Shown here: one piece after another, positions 1 to 9,606 of the stretch
Numbering within the stretch: the first letter of the stretch is position 1
Layout of the letters: the number at the start of each line of letters is the position of its first letter
DNA from: a virus
Strand: one strand, 5' to 3'
DNA: 64,000 bases
IMG/VR virus record: IMGVR_UViG_3300042902_000064
Coordinates: 1 to 64,000 of that record
Position numbers and translations under genes: made by a program
The notes under the pieces: model-generated
What the model was told of the DNA's origin: nothing
Databases searched by the model: none
The model's input: the letters and a program-made list of their open reading frames with translations, nothing else

Positions 1-282
1 GGCTTCACTTCTAAGTTCCCAAGAGGAGCATATGCAAGAAAGCAATCAGACGCTGTGGAGATTGAAGAAACTGAATTACTAGAGGTAGTTTGGCAAGTAG
101 GTCCAAGCGGTAAGGTTACTCCTGTTGCTATATTTGAGGAAGTAATTATAGATGATGCTAAGATTACACGTGCAAGCCTTCATAATGCTGGATTTATTGA
201 GGATATGGATTTAGATGTTGGAGATACAATATTGGTCACTAGGGCTGGTGGCGTAATACCAAGAATATTAGGGAAACTATGA
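1..282 (+). CDS. NAD+-dependent DNA ligase, N-terminal part (end of OB-fold domain); 5' end lies outside the window
   Basis: Frame 1 is open from nt 1. The translation KFPRG...[15 protein letters not shown]...[30 protein letters not shown] follows the LigA OB-fold pattern (KFP, QVGRTG..TPVA, ATLHN, GD.V..RAGDVIP). TGA at 280-282 falls just where LigA normally runs into its Zn finger. Confidence 0.85.
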   Translation, partial: GFTSKFPRGAYARKQSDAVEIEETELLEVVWQVGPSGKVTPVAIFEEVIIDDAKITRASLHNAGFIEDMDLDVGDTILVTRAGGVIPRILGKL

Positions 283-583
283 TTTGGGCAATATGGGCTA
301 AGGCACTAGGAGAAAAGGCGAGCCAGAATAAAAAGGAAGCAGATAGTGTGGCATTAGTTAGAACGCTGTTTATTCTACTAACGGTTATAACCGAGATACA
401 TATTATTGCCAACTTCTGGCTAAGCCACTTTTAGGTGTAGGAAAATTACCCTCGCGCCGAGTACCAAGATTTTAGACTGACTTTTTTAGCTTTACTTACG
501 GGTGCAGATAAATTAGCTTGATTTTATTAGCCGATCAAAGTATAATATACATAATGAAAAAATAAAATAGCGAGGGTAACAAA
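283..583 (+). other. 301-nt non-coding spacer that splits the ligase gene
   Basis: No ORF. It sits between the two ligase halves. Nested complementary segments are present: agccagaa 321-328 / ttctggct 414-421, tggca 347-351 / tgcca 405-409, accctcgc 454-461 / gcgagggt 569-576. Confidence 0.6.
518..546 (+). promoter_or_regulatory. sigma-70-like promoter TTGATT-17-TATAAT inside the ligase spacer
   Basis: TTGATT 518-523, 17-nt spacer, TATAAT 541-546. The same architecture and a similar sequence occur at 58592-58620. A GAGGG Shine-Dalgarno lies 8 nt before ATG 584. Confidence 0.5.
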
Positions 584-1327
584 ATGTTAAGCATTCCAAC
601 TCACTGCCCTTGTTGCGAAAGTTTACTTGAAAGGGTAACAGATCAGCTATTTTGTAGAAACTCAAGCTGTGAGGCTCAGAACTCGAAGCGCGTAGCTAGC
701 TTTACAAACAAAGCTAAAATTAAAGGCTTCGGGGATAAAACCTTAGAAAAGCTGGGAGTAACTAGTATCCCTGATTTATATGAGGTTACATTAAGTAATC
801 TGATAGAGATTATGGGGTTAAAAATGGGAGAAAAACTCTTTACCGAGTTGGAAACCTCTAAAACAATGACATTAGCCACATTCTTATCCGCACTAAGTAT
901 ACCGCTGATCGGGAGATCCGCATCGGATAAGTTAGTTACTGTCATTTCCTCTATTGAGGATATTAACCAAGAATCCTGTAAAAAAGCAGGCTTGGGAGAA
1001 AAAGCAACAGCAAGTCTCGTTAATTGGATAATAAGCGAGTACCCTAGCTATAGTGAGATTCCTTTTAGTTTTACGGTAGAAAAACCGAGCACTAGTATTA
1101 AACTAGATGCAAACATTACTGTTTGTTGTACTGGTAAGATAGAAGGACACACTCGTAACTCTTTAGCAGAGTTATTAAATAGTCTAGGTGTGAAAGTTGG
1201 AAGCTCTGTCACAGGAAGTACTAAGTACTTGATATGTGAAGAGTTAAAAGGTTCTAGCAAAGAGAAGAAAGCAGAAGCTCTTGGAATCGAAATTATATCA
1301 TTAACTAATTTTTTAAATAGGAAATAA
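584..1327 (+). CDS. NAD+-dependent DNA ligase, C-terminal part (Zn finger, HhH, BRCT)
   Basis: IPTHCPCCESLLERV...FCRNSSC is the LigA four-Cys Zn finger. A G(F/I)G HhH region follows. The C-terminal ITVCCTGKIEGHTRNSLAELLNSLGVKVGSSVTGSTKYLICEE...KAEALGIEIIS is BRCT-like. Confidence 0.85.
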   Translation: MLSIPTHCPCCESLLERVTDQLFCRNSSCEAQNSKRVASFTNKAKIKGFGDKTLEKLGVTSIPDLYEVTLSNLIEIMGLKMGEKLFTELETSKTMTLATFLSALSIPLIGRSASDKLVTVISSIEDINQESCKKAGLGEKATASLVNWIISEYPSYSEIPFSFTVEKPSTSIKLDANITVCCTGKIEGHTRNSLAELLNSLGVKVGSSVTGSTKYLICEELKGSSKEKKAEALGIEIISLTNFLNRK

Positions 1328-1330
1328 AAC

Positions 1331-2071
1331 ATGTCAACATTACCAAAATGGGATGAAGCTCGCGAAGCAACTTTAGTAGGTCTAGTAGGTGCAGTATCAG
1401 CGGCAGAAGTAACCAATCAAGCAGTAGAATCAGCAGCAACTGCGTTAGAAACATCTACTCGTTCAGTAGCATCTAAACTACGTCGTATGGGCTATCCAGT
1501 AGAATCATCTGTTAAAGAGCGTGTAAAAAGCTTTACAGATGCAGAAGAAGCAGAATTAGCGGCTTTCGTTGAAGACAACAGCGGCTCGTTTACTTATGCT
1601 GAAATTGCGGCATCAGCACTAGGCGGCAGTCATACTGCTAAATCAATTCAAGGTAAACTTTTAAGCATGGAATTAACTTCTCATGTTAAGGCTACTCCGA
1701 AGCAAGAAATTGCTAAAAAATATTCTGAAGCAGAAGAAGCTACGTTTATTTCAATGGCACAAAGTGGCGCTTTCATTGAAGATATTGCGGCTAAATTGAA
1801 TAAACCAATTCAATCAATTCGCGGTAAAGCTCTTAGCTTAAACCGTCAAAGTGGTTTAGATATCCCTAAACAGCGTGAGTCAACTGCTAAATCAGTAGTA
1901 GATCCTTTAGCTGGACTAGATAATATCTCTGAAATGACTGTAGAAGAAATCGCAGATACCATTGATAAATCAGAACGTGGCGTTAAAACAATGCTTACAC
2001 ATCGTGGTTTGACTGCTAAAAACTATGATGGTGCTAAAAAAGCAGCAAAAATTGCAGAACGTAAAGACTAG
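1331..2071 (+). CDS. hypothetical protein built from about four tandem ~50-55-aa helical repeats (DNA-binding-like)
   Basis: Internal repeats of the type W/Y-x-E-x-E..L..V.....IA..L.RS..SV..KL. The same domain occurs once each in the ORFs at 55780-56199 and 58767-59123. Confidence 0.6.
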   Translation: MSTLPKWDEAREATLVGLVGAVSAAEVTNQAVESAATALETSTRSVASKLRRMGYPVESSVKERVKSFTDAEEAELAAFVEDNSGSFTYAEIAASALGGSHTAKSIQGKLLSMELTSHVKATPKQEIAKKYSEAEEATFISMAQSGAFIEDIAAKLNKPIQSIRGKALSLNRQSGLDIPKQRESTAKSVVDPLAGLDNISEMTVEEIADTIDKSERGVKTMLTHRGLTAKNYDGAKKAAKIAERKD

Positions 2072-2113
2072 TAATAGTACTTAACCGACGCTATTTTAAA
2101 TAGCTAATTAACT

Positions 2114-2163
2114 AAGCGGAGGTAGGACTTAATTTATATTAAAAATCCTACTTCCGCTTTTTT
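2114..2163 (+). terminator. rho-independent terminator
   Basis: 14-bp stem aagcggaggtagga / tcctacttccgctt (one G-U pair) followed by a T-run. Confidence 0.7.
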
Positions 2164-2176
2164 GTCTGAGAAATAT

Positions 2177-2575
2177 ATGAAATTTAACCTAAATAAGCCC
2201 TTTGAGTTAAAGGGAGGATTGTTATATACAATCCATACAATGGATAATGGAAAAGACCCTGGATACCCTATAGTAGGGGAAGTTCAGTTAACTCCCAACA
2301 ACTGGGTAGTTACAAAGTGGAAAACTGACGGTACTTGTTATCTAGCCGATAAGCAGTTAAACTTATATAATCCACAACCTGTTGTTAAAGCTATTGTAGC
2401 TTTATTACAAGATTCCAAAACACAAGAAGTATACGCACTAGGTGCTTTCGCTAATTTGTATGACCTAAAAGACTATATAACATTTAACCACAGGGGCTCG
2501 ACTATTATAGGTACTTCTATGGTTGAGTTAAAGGAAGGAGAATTCGTCAAAAATGCAGGTAACTCTAGTATTTGA
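2177..2575 (+). CDS. hypothetical protein
   Basis: ORF in the track. I place the start at ATG 2177, because the TTG at 2162 lies inside the terminator T-run. Confidence 0.55.
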   Translation: MKFNLNKPFELKGGLLYTIHTMDNGKDPGYPIVGEVQLTPNNWVVTKWKTDGTCYLADKQLNLYNPQPVVKAIVALLQDSKTQEVYALGAFANLYDLKDYITFNHRGSTIIGTSMVELKEGEFVKNAGNSSI

Positions 2576-2861
2576 AGATCGTGAGTCCCTTACTGCAAAA
2601 GAAATAACTCAAAACTTAAAACACCTTTATGGCAGTAGTGCAGATGTTAGCGTTACTCCTTCTGGTAATAGTCCTGAAAGTCATATTTATTTTGGGCTTC
2701 AGGAACTGCTTACAACAACACAAGTTCACTCCTTTTTTGAGGATGGTCCAAACCTGTATCAGGAAAGACTAGCAGTAACACGTAGAGAGATTTTAAATAA
2801 AGTAGAGGGAATTTTAAACCAACTCATTGTAGATAATGAGTCTAAACTAGTAGAAGAGTAA
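2553..2861 (+). CDS. hypothetical protein
   Basis: ORF in the track, tightly packed with same-strand neighbours. No motif recognised. Confidence 0.5.
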   Translation: MQVTLVFEDRESLTAKEITQNLKHLYGSSADVSVTPSGNSPESHIYFGLQELLTTTQVHSFFEDGPNLYQERLAVTRREILNKVEGILNQLIVDNESKLVEE

Positions 2862-2863
2862 CT

Positions 2864-4279
2864 ATGGCAACAGACATTTCAGGAGTAGTGCTGCATAAGT
2901 TACTTTCTAGCCCAGAGGAAGCACTGGAAGTATTTCCAAAGCTTAAACCTTCTTTCTTTGGTGCTGGGTATATAAATATTTATACAGCAATAACTAAGTT
3001 TTACACAAAAAGAAATGCTCTACCCTCTTTCTACGATTTATTATTAGTTAGCAGGGATGGGCTAACAAAAAATAGTATAAAATCTTTACAGGAACTAGAA
3101 GTTCCAGAAGATATTGATTGGCTTCTTTTAATAGAAGCATTGATTGACCAGTATACTCAAGATGAAACATTAACAAAATTAGATAAGTTCCTAGACAATA
3201 TAACGTCTATGGATACTCAAGAGATAAAACAGAAGCTAACAGACATTGTCTTCTATCTAGAAGAGAAAACACACGTAGCAGAAGAAGTTTATACTGCCGC
3301 AGACTTAACATTGGCAGAAGATGAAGAGTTAGGGGCTAGAGTTCCTTTAGGGATTAATAATACGTTTGACGCTTTAACAGGTGGTATAGCGCTATCTGAG
3401 TTAATATTTATAGGTGGAGAGCGTGGCTCTGGTAAGTCTATTGTTGCTGTAAATATAGTAAACAATCAATACTTACAAGGTAACGTATCTGCTCTATTTA
3501 GTATTGAAATGAGAGCGCAAGAAGTTTACTGGCGTATGTTATCTTCTATGGCAGGTGTGAGATTTTCTGCTATTAGAAAGAATACATTAACAGATGTAGA
3601 AGTAGGAAGAGTGGCTAAAGTTGTTAGTGGTATGTATGTCGATAGTTCGGAACTGTATGAGAAATTTGTTTCTAACAGGGATTACAAAGAACTAGAGAAA
3701 GCGCTATCTTCAACTAAAAGACTGAAGCCAGAAAACCAGTTAGTAATTATTGATAACCAGCAATTAACTTTGGCTGATATTGATATGAACATTCAAAAGT
3801 TAAAGTCACAGGCTGGTGATAAGCTAAAAGTAGTAGTTGTAGACTATGTTAATCAAATTGAAATTGAAGACATATACAACTGGCAGTCTCAAATTACCTT
3901 GTCTAAGGGGCTAAAGAACTTAGCTAGGAAGCATAATATTGTTATAGTTGCTCCATACCAAATAGATAAAACTGGCGAGGCTAGGTTCGCCAAAGGACTG
4001 CTTGACGCAGTAGATATGGCGATTACGTTAAAAGCTGGAAAGGATTACATTGCTTTTGAAACTACGAAAGTTCGTAACATACCTGCAACTAAGTTCGCAA
4101 GTGGGATAGATTGGGAAACCTTGAATATATCCCCACAGGATGCGGTTATTGCATCAGATGATGCAGTTGAGCCTTCTGAGGACGAAGAGAAATCTAAGTT
4201 CAAGAAGAAACCTAAGAAAGATGCTGAGGGTTACATAGTTAAAGCCGGAGAGCAAAAACCAGACGATTTACCATTCTAA
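2864..4279 (+). CDS. DnaB-like replicative DNA helicase
   Basis: RecA-type core with Walker A GGERGSGKS and Walker B VVVVDYV, and a DnaB-like N-terminal helical region. It sits immediately upstream of the primase. Acidic/basic tail ends in PDDLPF. Confidence 0.8.
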   Translation: MATDISGVVLHKLLSSPEEALEVFPKLKPSFFGAGYINIYTAITKFYTKRNALPSFYDLLLVSRDGLTKNSIKSLQELEVPEDIDWLLLIEALIDQYTQDETLTKLDKFLDNITSMDTQEIKQKLTDIVFYLEEKTHVAEEVYTAADLTLAEDEELGARVPLGINNTFDALTGGIALSELIFIGGERGSGKSIVAVNIVNNQYLQGNVSALFSIEMRAQEVYWRMLSSMAGVRFSAIRKNTLTDVEVGRVAKVVSGMYVDSSELYEKFVSNRDYKELEKALSSTKRLKPENQLVIIDNQQLTLADIDMNIQKLKSQAGDKLKVVVVDYVNQIEIEDIYNWQSQITLSKGLKNLARKHNIVIVAPYQIDKTGEARFAKGLLDAVDMAITLKAGKDYIAFETTKVRNIPATKFASGIDWETLNISPQDAVIASDDAVEPSEDEEKSKFKKKPKKDAEGYIVKAGEQKPDDLPF

Positions 4280-4288
4280 GAGGCACTA

Positions 4289-5146
4289 ATGAACGTAGAA
4301 GAGTTACTAAATAAGAAAGATTTAAAATTCAGACCAAGCGGTAACGACTACTTGATTGAGTGCCTGAATCCAGATCACGATGATAGTAACCCTTCTATGC
4401 GTGTTGATAAGATTACAGGCGTATTTCATTGCTTAGCGTGCAGTTTTGCTGGTAGCATATACAAACATTTTAATATTAATGTGTCTATGCTAGATAACAG
4501 AGTTTTATTCCTAAAGAGTAAAATAAGGGCTATGTATGTAGATAACTTTATAGTGCCTAAAGGTGCGGAGCCTTTCGTAACTCCCTTCAGAGATATATCA
4601 GTAAAAACTCTTAATCATTTCCAAGCTTTTACTCATTCAGACTATGAAGATAGAATAGTATTTCCTATCAGGAATGATTCTGGAAATATTGCAGGATTTA
4701 ATGCTAGGCATATGTACTCTGATGTTAACCCTAAGTACATATTCGACCCACCTGGAATGTCTCTATCTCTGTATCCTTTTGATGCAAAACCTATAATGGA
4801 TTCTATAATTCTAGTGGAAGGCTTATTCGACATGCTAAACCTGCATGATAAAGGACTAACTAATGCAGTCTGTACTTTTGGTACTGCCTTTGGTGCTACT
4901 AAGAAGAAAGAAACTCAAAAGGCAAATATCAACAAGTTATTAAATTTTAAGTTGCGCGGCGTGTCAAAAATCTATATAATGTATGATGGAGATTTAGCTG
5001 GAAGGAACGCAACTTTGAATTTACTTGAATACTTAAAGGATGATTTCATTGTTGAGCCTGTAGACTTAGAAGATGATGTAGACCCTGGAAATTTAACACA
5101 CGAAGATGTAAAATCATTAAAGGAAATGCTATATGACAATGCCTAA
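4289..5146 (+). CDS. DnaG-type DNA primase (CHC2 Zn finger + TOPRIM)
   Basis: CLNPDHDDSNPSMRVDKITGVFHCLAC is a CHC2 zinc finger. TOPRIM motifs ILVEGLFD and YIMYDGDLAG are present. Confidence 0.85.
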   Translation: MNVEELLNKKDLKFRPSGNDYLIECLNPDHDDSNPSMRVDKITGVFHCLACSFAGSIYKHFNINVSMLDNRVLFLKSKIRAMYVDNFIVPKGAEPFVTPFRDISVKTLNHFQAFTHSDYEDRIVFPIRNDSGNIAGFNARHMYSDVNPKYIFDPPGMSLSLYPFDAKPIMDSIILVEGLFDMLNLHDKGLTNAVCTFGTAFGATKKKETQKANINKLLNFKLRGVSKIYIMYDGDLAGRNATLNLLEYLKDDFIVEPVDLEDDVDPGNLTHEDVKSLKEMLYDNA

Positions 5147-7409
5147 AGTGGCTATTATAGATAAATACCCTAGCAATACAAGATATAATCAGTTTTTTGA
5201 TTTTGACTTTGACTTGTTACACTTATCTGATGTACGAAAAGATAAAATACTAAAGAAAGATATAACTTTAGACTTAACCTTGCAAGAGGGTTATGACTTC
5301 GTAATCCTAGTAGGTGCTGAGCCTGCTAAGTTTGTGGCTAAGATTACTGGTATTACTACCTCTCAGGGTTTCTTAATTGAAGAAAAGTTTCTTCCCTTGA
5401 CTAACCCTGCTATGGCTAAGATTAAGCCGGAGAGTTTACCTGCCTTTACTAAAGCTGTAGACAGTATAAATGCTTATGTTAAAGGCGAGCATGCTGCAAT
5501 TGCTAATGTAGAAACTTATTTCATTCAAGATGAAAATGTAGCCATCAAGTACTTAACTAAACTACTAGCATCCGACTTTAAATACCTAGCAGTGGATACA
5601 GAAACAACCTCTTTATACGCTAGAGACGGATATGTTTTAGGTATTTCTCTATCTCATAAAGAGAAGTTTGGCGTATATATTGACTCAGACTATATTACTG
5701 ATACAGTACAAGCTTTACTTCAAAAGCTATTCTTAGCTAAGACTTGCGTATTTCATAATGCGAAGTTCGATATTAAAATGTTAGAGTACCATTTCGACTT
5801 TGTTTTTGATAAAGTTGAAGATACTATGATGATTCATTACTTACTAGATGAAAGTCCGGGGACACATGGACTTAAGCCTTTAAGTATTAAGTATACCGAC
5901 CTAGGTGACTATGATAAAGAGCTAGACGAGTTCAGAAATAACTATTGTAAAAATCACAAAATTAAGAGAGCAGATTTTACTTATGATTTAATCCCTGCTC
6001 CAATATTATCAACTTATGCCGCTATAGATACTGCGGCAACTATTGAGCTATTTAATAAGTTTTTCCCTTCTATTGAAGGAAGCGAAGGCTTAACAAACGT
6101 ATATAGAAATATCATGGTTCCGGCTATGAAGTTTCTATGCGAAATGGAAGAAAATGGTGTGCCTTTCAGTAGAGAAAGACTAAGAGAAGCACAAGTTATC
6201 TTTGCCGCTAGGTTGCATGACTTAAAAACTTCTTTCTATTCATTTGATGTGGTAAAGCATTTTGAGGCTACAACCAATAAGATATTCAACCCCAACTCAG
6301 TAATACACTTACGCACTGTATTCTTTGATATGCTAAGATTACCTGTTCCTGATAAGAGAACGGATACTGGTGCTATATCTACAGATAAAGAAGTTCTAGA
6401 AGAGCTTGGAAAAATTCATGCACTTCCAAAAGCTATATCTGAATATAAAAAGATGTACAAAATCAAGTCTACTTATTTAGACAAGATTTTGCTTGGGTTA
6501 GATAGTGATGATAGGTTGCGTACAGGTTTTAACCTAACGACTACGACCTCCGGTCGACTTTCGTCTAGCGGTAAGCTAAACATGCAACAGCTTCCTCGTG
6601 ATGATAAGACTGTGAAGCGCTGTATTAAAGCTAGAGAAGGGTATGAGATAGTTTCTCAGGATTTAAAAACCGCTGAAATGTATATTGCCGCAGTTCTATC
6701 TGGTGATGAGAAGTTGCGTTCTGTGTTTGTTGATGGCGGAGATTTCCATAGTTCAATGGCTAAGATTGCTTTCAATATTAATTGCCCTGTTGAAGATATA
6801 GCTGAGAAGCATAAAGAGCTTCGTCAAGCGGCTAAAGCCGTAACCTTCGGTATTCTGTTCGGTTCTGGTGCGGCTAAGGTTGGTGAGTCTATTGGTAAGT
6901 CTACAGAAGAAGCTCAAGAAATTATCAATGAATACTTTGGTAACTTCCCTAAACTTAAGAAGTGGCTTGATTTACAGAAACAGCTAATTAAACAGCATGG
7001 TGAGTTATATTCTGCCTTTGGTAGAAAACGTAGACTTAAAAATGCTTTCTCTAGTGATAGACAAGTATCTGGTCATGCTATACGTTCAGGTGTTAACTTC
7101 CAAATTCAATCAGTAAGTTCTGATTTGAACCTAATCGCAGCTTTCAATACTCAGCTTCGTATTAAACAAGAAAACCTAGATGTTAAAATATTCGCACTAG
7201 TACATGATAGTATTATTGCGGAAGTTAAGATAGAAGATAAAGCTAGATACCTACAAATAATGGCAGAAGAAACACAGAAAGATATGGGTGTTAGTATCCC
7301 TGGTTCTCCTGTTGGTCTTGATGTTGAAATAGGTGAAGATTACTCGTTTGTTAAAGCGTCTGCTCCTGTATTTGATGCAGAGAATGAATTTGCGCTATTA
7401 GATGAATAA
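5133..7409 (+). CDS. family-A DNA polymerase with 3'-5' exonuclease domain
   Basis: Exo motifs AVDTETTSL and NAKFDIKML. Pol motif A SQDLKTAEMY, motif B RQAAKAVTFGILFG, motif C LVHDSII. About 140 aa of unassigned N-terminal extension. Confidence 0.9.
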   Translation: MTMPKVAIIDKYPSNTRYNQFFDFDFDLLHLSDVRKDKILKKDITLDLTLQEGYDFVILVGAEPAKFVAKITGITTSQGFLIEEKFLPLTNPAMAKIKPESLPAFTKAVDSINAYVKGEHAAIANVETYFIQDENVAIKYLTKLLASDFKYLAVDTETTSLYARDGYVLGISLSHKEKFGVYIDSDYITDTVQALLQKLFLAKTCVFHNAKFDIKMLEYHFDFVFDKVEDTMMIHYLLDESPGTHGLKPLSIKYTDLGDYDKELDEFRNNYCKNHKIKRADFTYDLIPAPILSTYAAIDTAATIELFNKFFPSIEGSEGLTNVYRNIMVPAMKFLCEMEENGVPFSRERLREAQVIFAARLHDLKTSFYSFDVVKHFEATTNKIFNPNSVIHLRTVFFDMLRLPVPDKRTDTGAISTDKEVLEELGKIHALPKAISEYKKMYKIKSTYLDKILLGLDSDDRLRTGFNLTTTTSGRLSSSGKLNMQQLPRDDKTVKRCIKAREGYEIVSQDLKTAEMYIAAVLSGDEKLRSVFVDGGDFHSSMAKIAFNINCPVEDIAEKHKELRQAAKAVTFGILFGSGAAKVGESIGKSTEEAQEIINEYFGNFPKLKKWLDLQKQLIKQHGELYSAFGRKRRLKNAFSSDRQVSGHAIRSGVNFQIQSVSSDLNLIAAFNTQLRIKQENLDVKIFALVHDSIIAEVKIEDKARYLQIMAEETQKDMGVSIPGSPVGLDVEIGEDYSFVKASAPVFDAENEFALLDE

Positions 7410-7911
7410 TCTTACATTAGATAAAATAGTCTTTCCAGTATTTAAGTTAAGAAGCTACGATAAGATAGAAACTATAGACGGCATAACAACCGTCTATACT
7501 TACTGGGGAGTTTATATATTAGATAACAAGAACCTAGTAGGAGAAACTTTAGGGGCTAGAAGGGTTAAGATAACGTCTGATAATGTATATAAACTACAGA
7601 AAGTTATAAAGTCTCCAAGAGACTTAATAATGGGAGCAACTAGCAAAGATACTTACATAGATAATACAGGAAGATTATTCTCTTACAAGAAGATGAAAAA
7701 TTGCATAGTACGGTGCTACGAGATTAAAAGTACAGTGAAGTTTAATGCGAAGGTAATAATACATTTATATGACCACCCTACTCCTGTTGTTGTACCTAGC
7801 GCAGTTTATGATAGCGAATATAAATATGTAACTATTGTAAGATATGGGGAGTATTATTTAATGTACAGCTTAGAAAGAGAGTATATAAAAGAATTTAAGA
7901 AGAAACTATGA
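7402..7911 (+). CDS. hypothetical protein
   Basis: ORF in the track; overlaps both neighbours by a few nt, consistent with translational coupling. Confidence 0.55.
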   Translation: MNNLTLDKIVFPVFKLRSYDKIETIDGITTVYTYWGVYILDNKNLVGETLGARRVKITSDNVYKLQKVIKSPRDLIMGATSKDTYIDNTGRLFSYKKMKNCIVRCYEIKSTVKFNAKVIIHLYDHPTPVVVPSAVYDSEYKYVTIVRYGEYYLMYSLEREYIKEFKKKL

Positions 7912-9197
7912 AAGCAGTAATAAGTAATAGAATATATTTAAACTACGATGCAGACTTACTGGAAAAGCTTAAAGGTGTGTTAACCTATTCCTTTCAACCT
8001 AGCAATCCTGAGGCAATGCCAGAGATAGTATGTAATGCTACGTCTATAGGCAAGAGAGCAATAACTATCCCTTCTGGTAGAGTAGACTTAATTCCTAAAG
8101 GTTGGGAGATAGTTGATAAACGAGTTTATCCTAAATACAAGTTCCCTGAAATGGCGGCTAGTATTAAACTGAGACCAGACCAGCAAGAAATATACGATAA
8201 TATCGAAGGTGACTGCATTATCAATGCACAGCCTGGTTGGGGCAAGACCTTTACAGGTTTAGCTATAGCCGCAAAGTTTGGGCTTAAGACTTTGATAGTA
8301 GTCCACAATGTCGCTTTGCGACAACAATGGGAAGATGAATACTTTAAGATGTTTGGTGAACGTGCTGGTGTAATTGGTAGTGGTAGAAAGGATATTAATA
8401 GTCCTGTAGTTATTGCTAATGTACAAACATTATCTAAGATAGCTGGAGACGTTGCAGATAAGTTTGGTCTTATCATAATGGACGAAGTACACCACTGCCC
8501 CGCTTCTACCTTTAAGAATATTATAGATAAATCTAAGGCAAGTATTAAAGTGGGACTATCTGCTACATTAGTGCGAAGGGACAAGAAACATATCTTACTC
8601 TATGACTTCTTCGGTAAAAAGCTGTTTAAGCCTGAAGAACAAAATAGAATGAAACCTACTGTTACTATGGTATACACGGAGACTGAATTATCTAGTAATA
8701 GGATGATACCTTGGGCAACTAAAGTTAATTCCATAGCTAATAATATGCGACACAGGCATTTGATAATAGACCTAGCAAATAGTGCTATTGATGGGGGACA
8801 TAAAACTCTAGTATTAGGCGATAGGGTAGAGTTTCTAGATTATTGCGCGTCACTGACTAAAAGTGCGGTTGCTATAACTGGGCAAACTGAAGATAGGAAA
8901 GCATTACTTAAAAGAGTATTTACAGATATAGGGGCTATATATGGTACAACTTCTATATTTAAAGAAGGGATATCGGTAGATATCCTTAGTTGTGTAATAC
9001 TAGCGTTCCCTGTTAGTCATTTAAATTTAGGGATGTTAGAGCAGATAATCGGACGTATTACTAGAGAGTATAAAGGCAAGATGAATCCTCACATTATAGA
9101 CGTGTGTTACAAGGGTGCTACAGGTAAGAGGCAAGCAGCGGGAAGATTAAACTATTATATAAATATGGGGTACTCAGTTAAAGAAGTACATATATGA
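7908..9197 (+). CDS. SF2 (DEAH/DExH-box) DNA helicase
   Basis: Motif I AQPGWGKT, motif II IIMDEVHH, motif III SAT, C-terminal QIIGRITR (motif VI). Its position after the polymerase matches T5 D10-type helicases, as far as I recall. Confidence 0.8.
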   Translation: MKAVISNRIYLNYDADLLEKLKGVLTYSFQPSNPEAMPEIVCNATSIGKRAITIPSGRVDLIPKGWEIVDKRVYPKYKFPEMAASIKLRPDQQEIYDNIEGDCIINAQPGWGKTFTGLAIAAKFGLKTLIVVHNVALRQQWEDEYFKMFGERAGVIGSGRKDINSPVVIANVQTLSKIAGDVADKFGLIIMDEVHHCPASTFKNIIDKSKASIKVGLSATLVRRDKKHILLYDFFGKKLFKPEEQNRMKPTVTMVYTETELSSNRMIPWATKVNSIANNMRHRHLIIDLANSAIDGGHKTLVLGDRVEFLDYCASLTKSAVAITGQTEDRKALLKRVFTDIGAIYGTTSIFKEGISVDILSCVILAFPVSHLNLGMLEQIIGRITREYKGKMNPHIIDVCYKGATGKRQAAGRLNYYINMGYSVKEVHI

Positions 9198-9583
9198 TAC
9201 TAAGATACAACCTATTAAACTTACTTAAGACTATGAGTAAGTCAGAAATATTATTTCACTTAGAAAGACGTCTAACAGGCAGAATGATAACCGGAAAGGA
9301 TATAATTGCATCCGTCGAACCCCTCCCATCATTTTTACTTGCGGACGAAACCTATATTTGTTATAATAATAAACTGAATGAAAATTTCAGAAATCGCGCG
9401 ACTATCGAGGAGCGTATAGTATATCTTTACTTGGCGGGGAAGAGAGACTTCCTAGAGTATAAAATGCGAGGAATTACTACTATCCCAGTAGAGTTTTCTG
9501 ACCTCCCAGTAGAGAAGTTAAGGCTCAACAATCTCTTAGATATAAGAGACAATTTAATTCACTTTAAAAACGTACCCACATAG
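9194..9583 (+). CDS. hypothetical protein
   Basis: ORF in the track, ATGA-type overlap with the upstream gene. Confidence 0.5.
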   Translation: MILRYNLLNLLKTMSKSEILFHLERRLTGRMITGKDIIASVEPLPSFLLADETYICYNNKLNENFRNRATIEERIVYLYLAGKRDFLEYKMRGITTIPVEFSDLPVEKLRLNNLLDIRDNLIHFKNVPT

Positions 9584-9606
9584 TTGGGGAAATTCGGAGA
9601 AACAAA

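Noticed and set aside
268-300. A canonical group I intron P1 helix with a U-G pair at the ligase 5' junction
   Set aside because: I could not find a convincing internal guide sequence by eye. The intron hypothesis stays open only as the alternative reading in the ligase finding.
5133-5560. UDG-like N-terminal domain on the DNA polymerase
   Set aside because: The only evidence is a faint ILVGAEP resemblance to the family-4 UDG GEAPG motif. I could not find the second (HPS-type) motif, so the extension stays unassigned.
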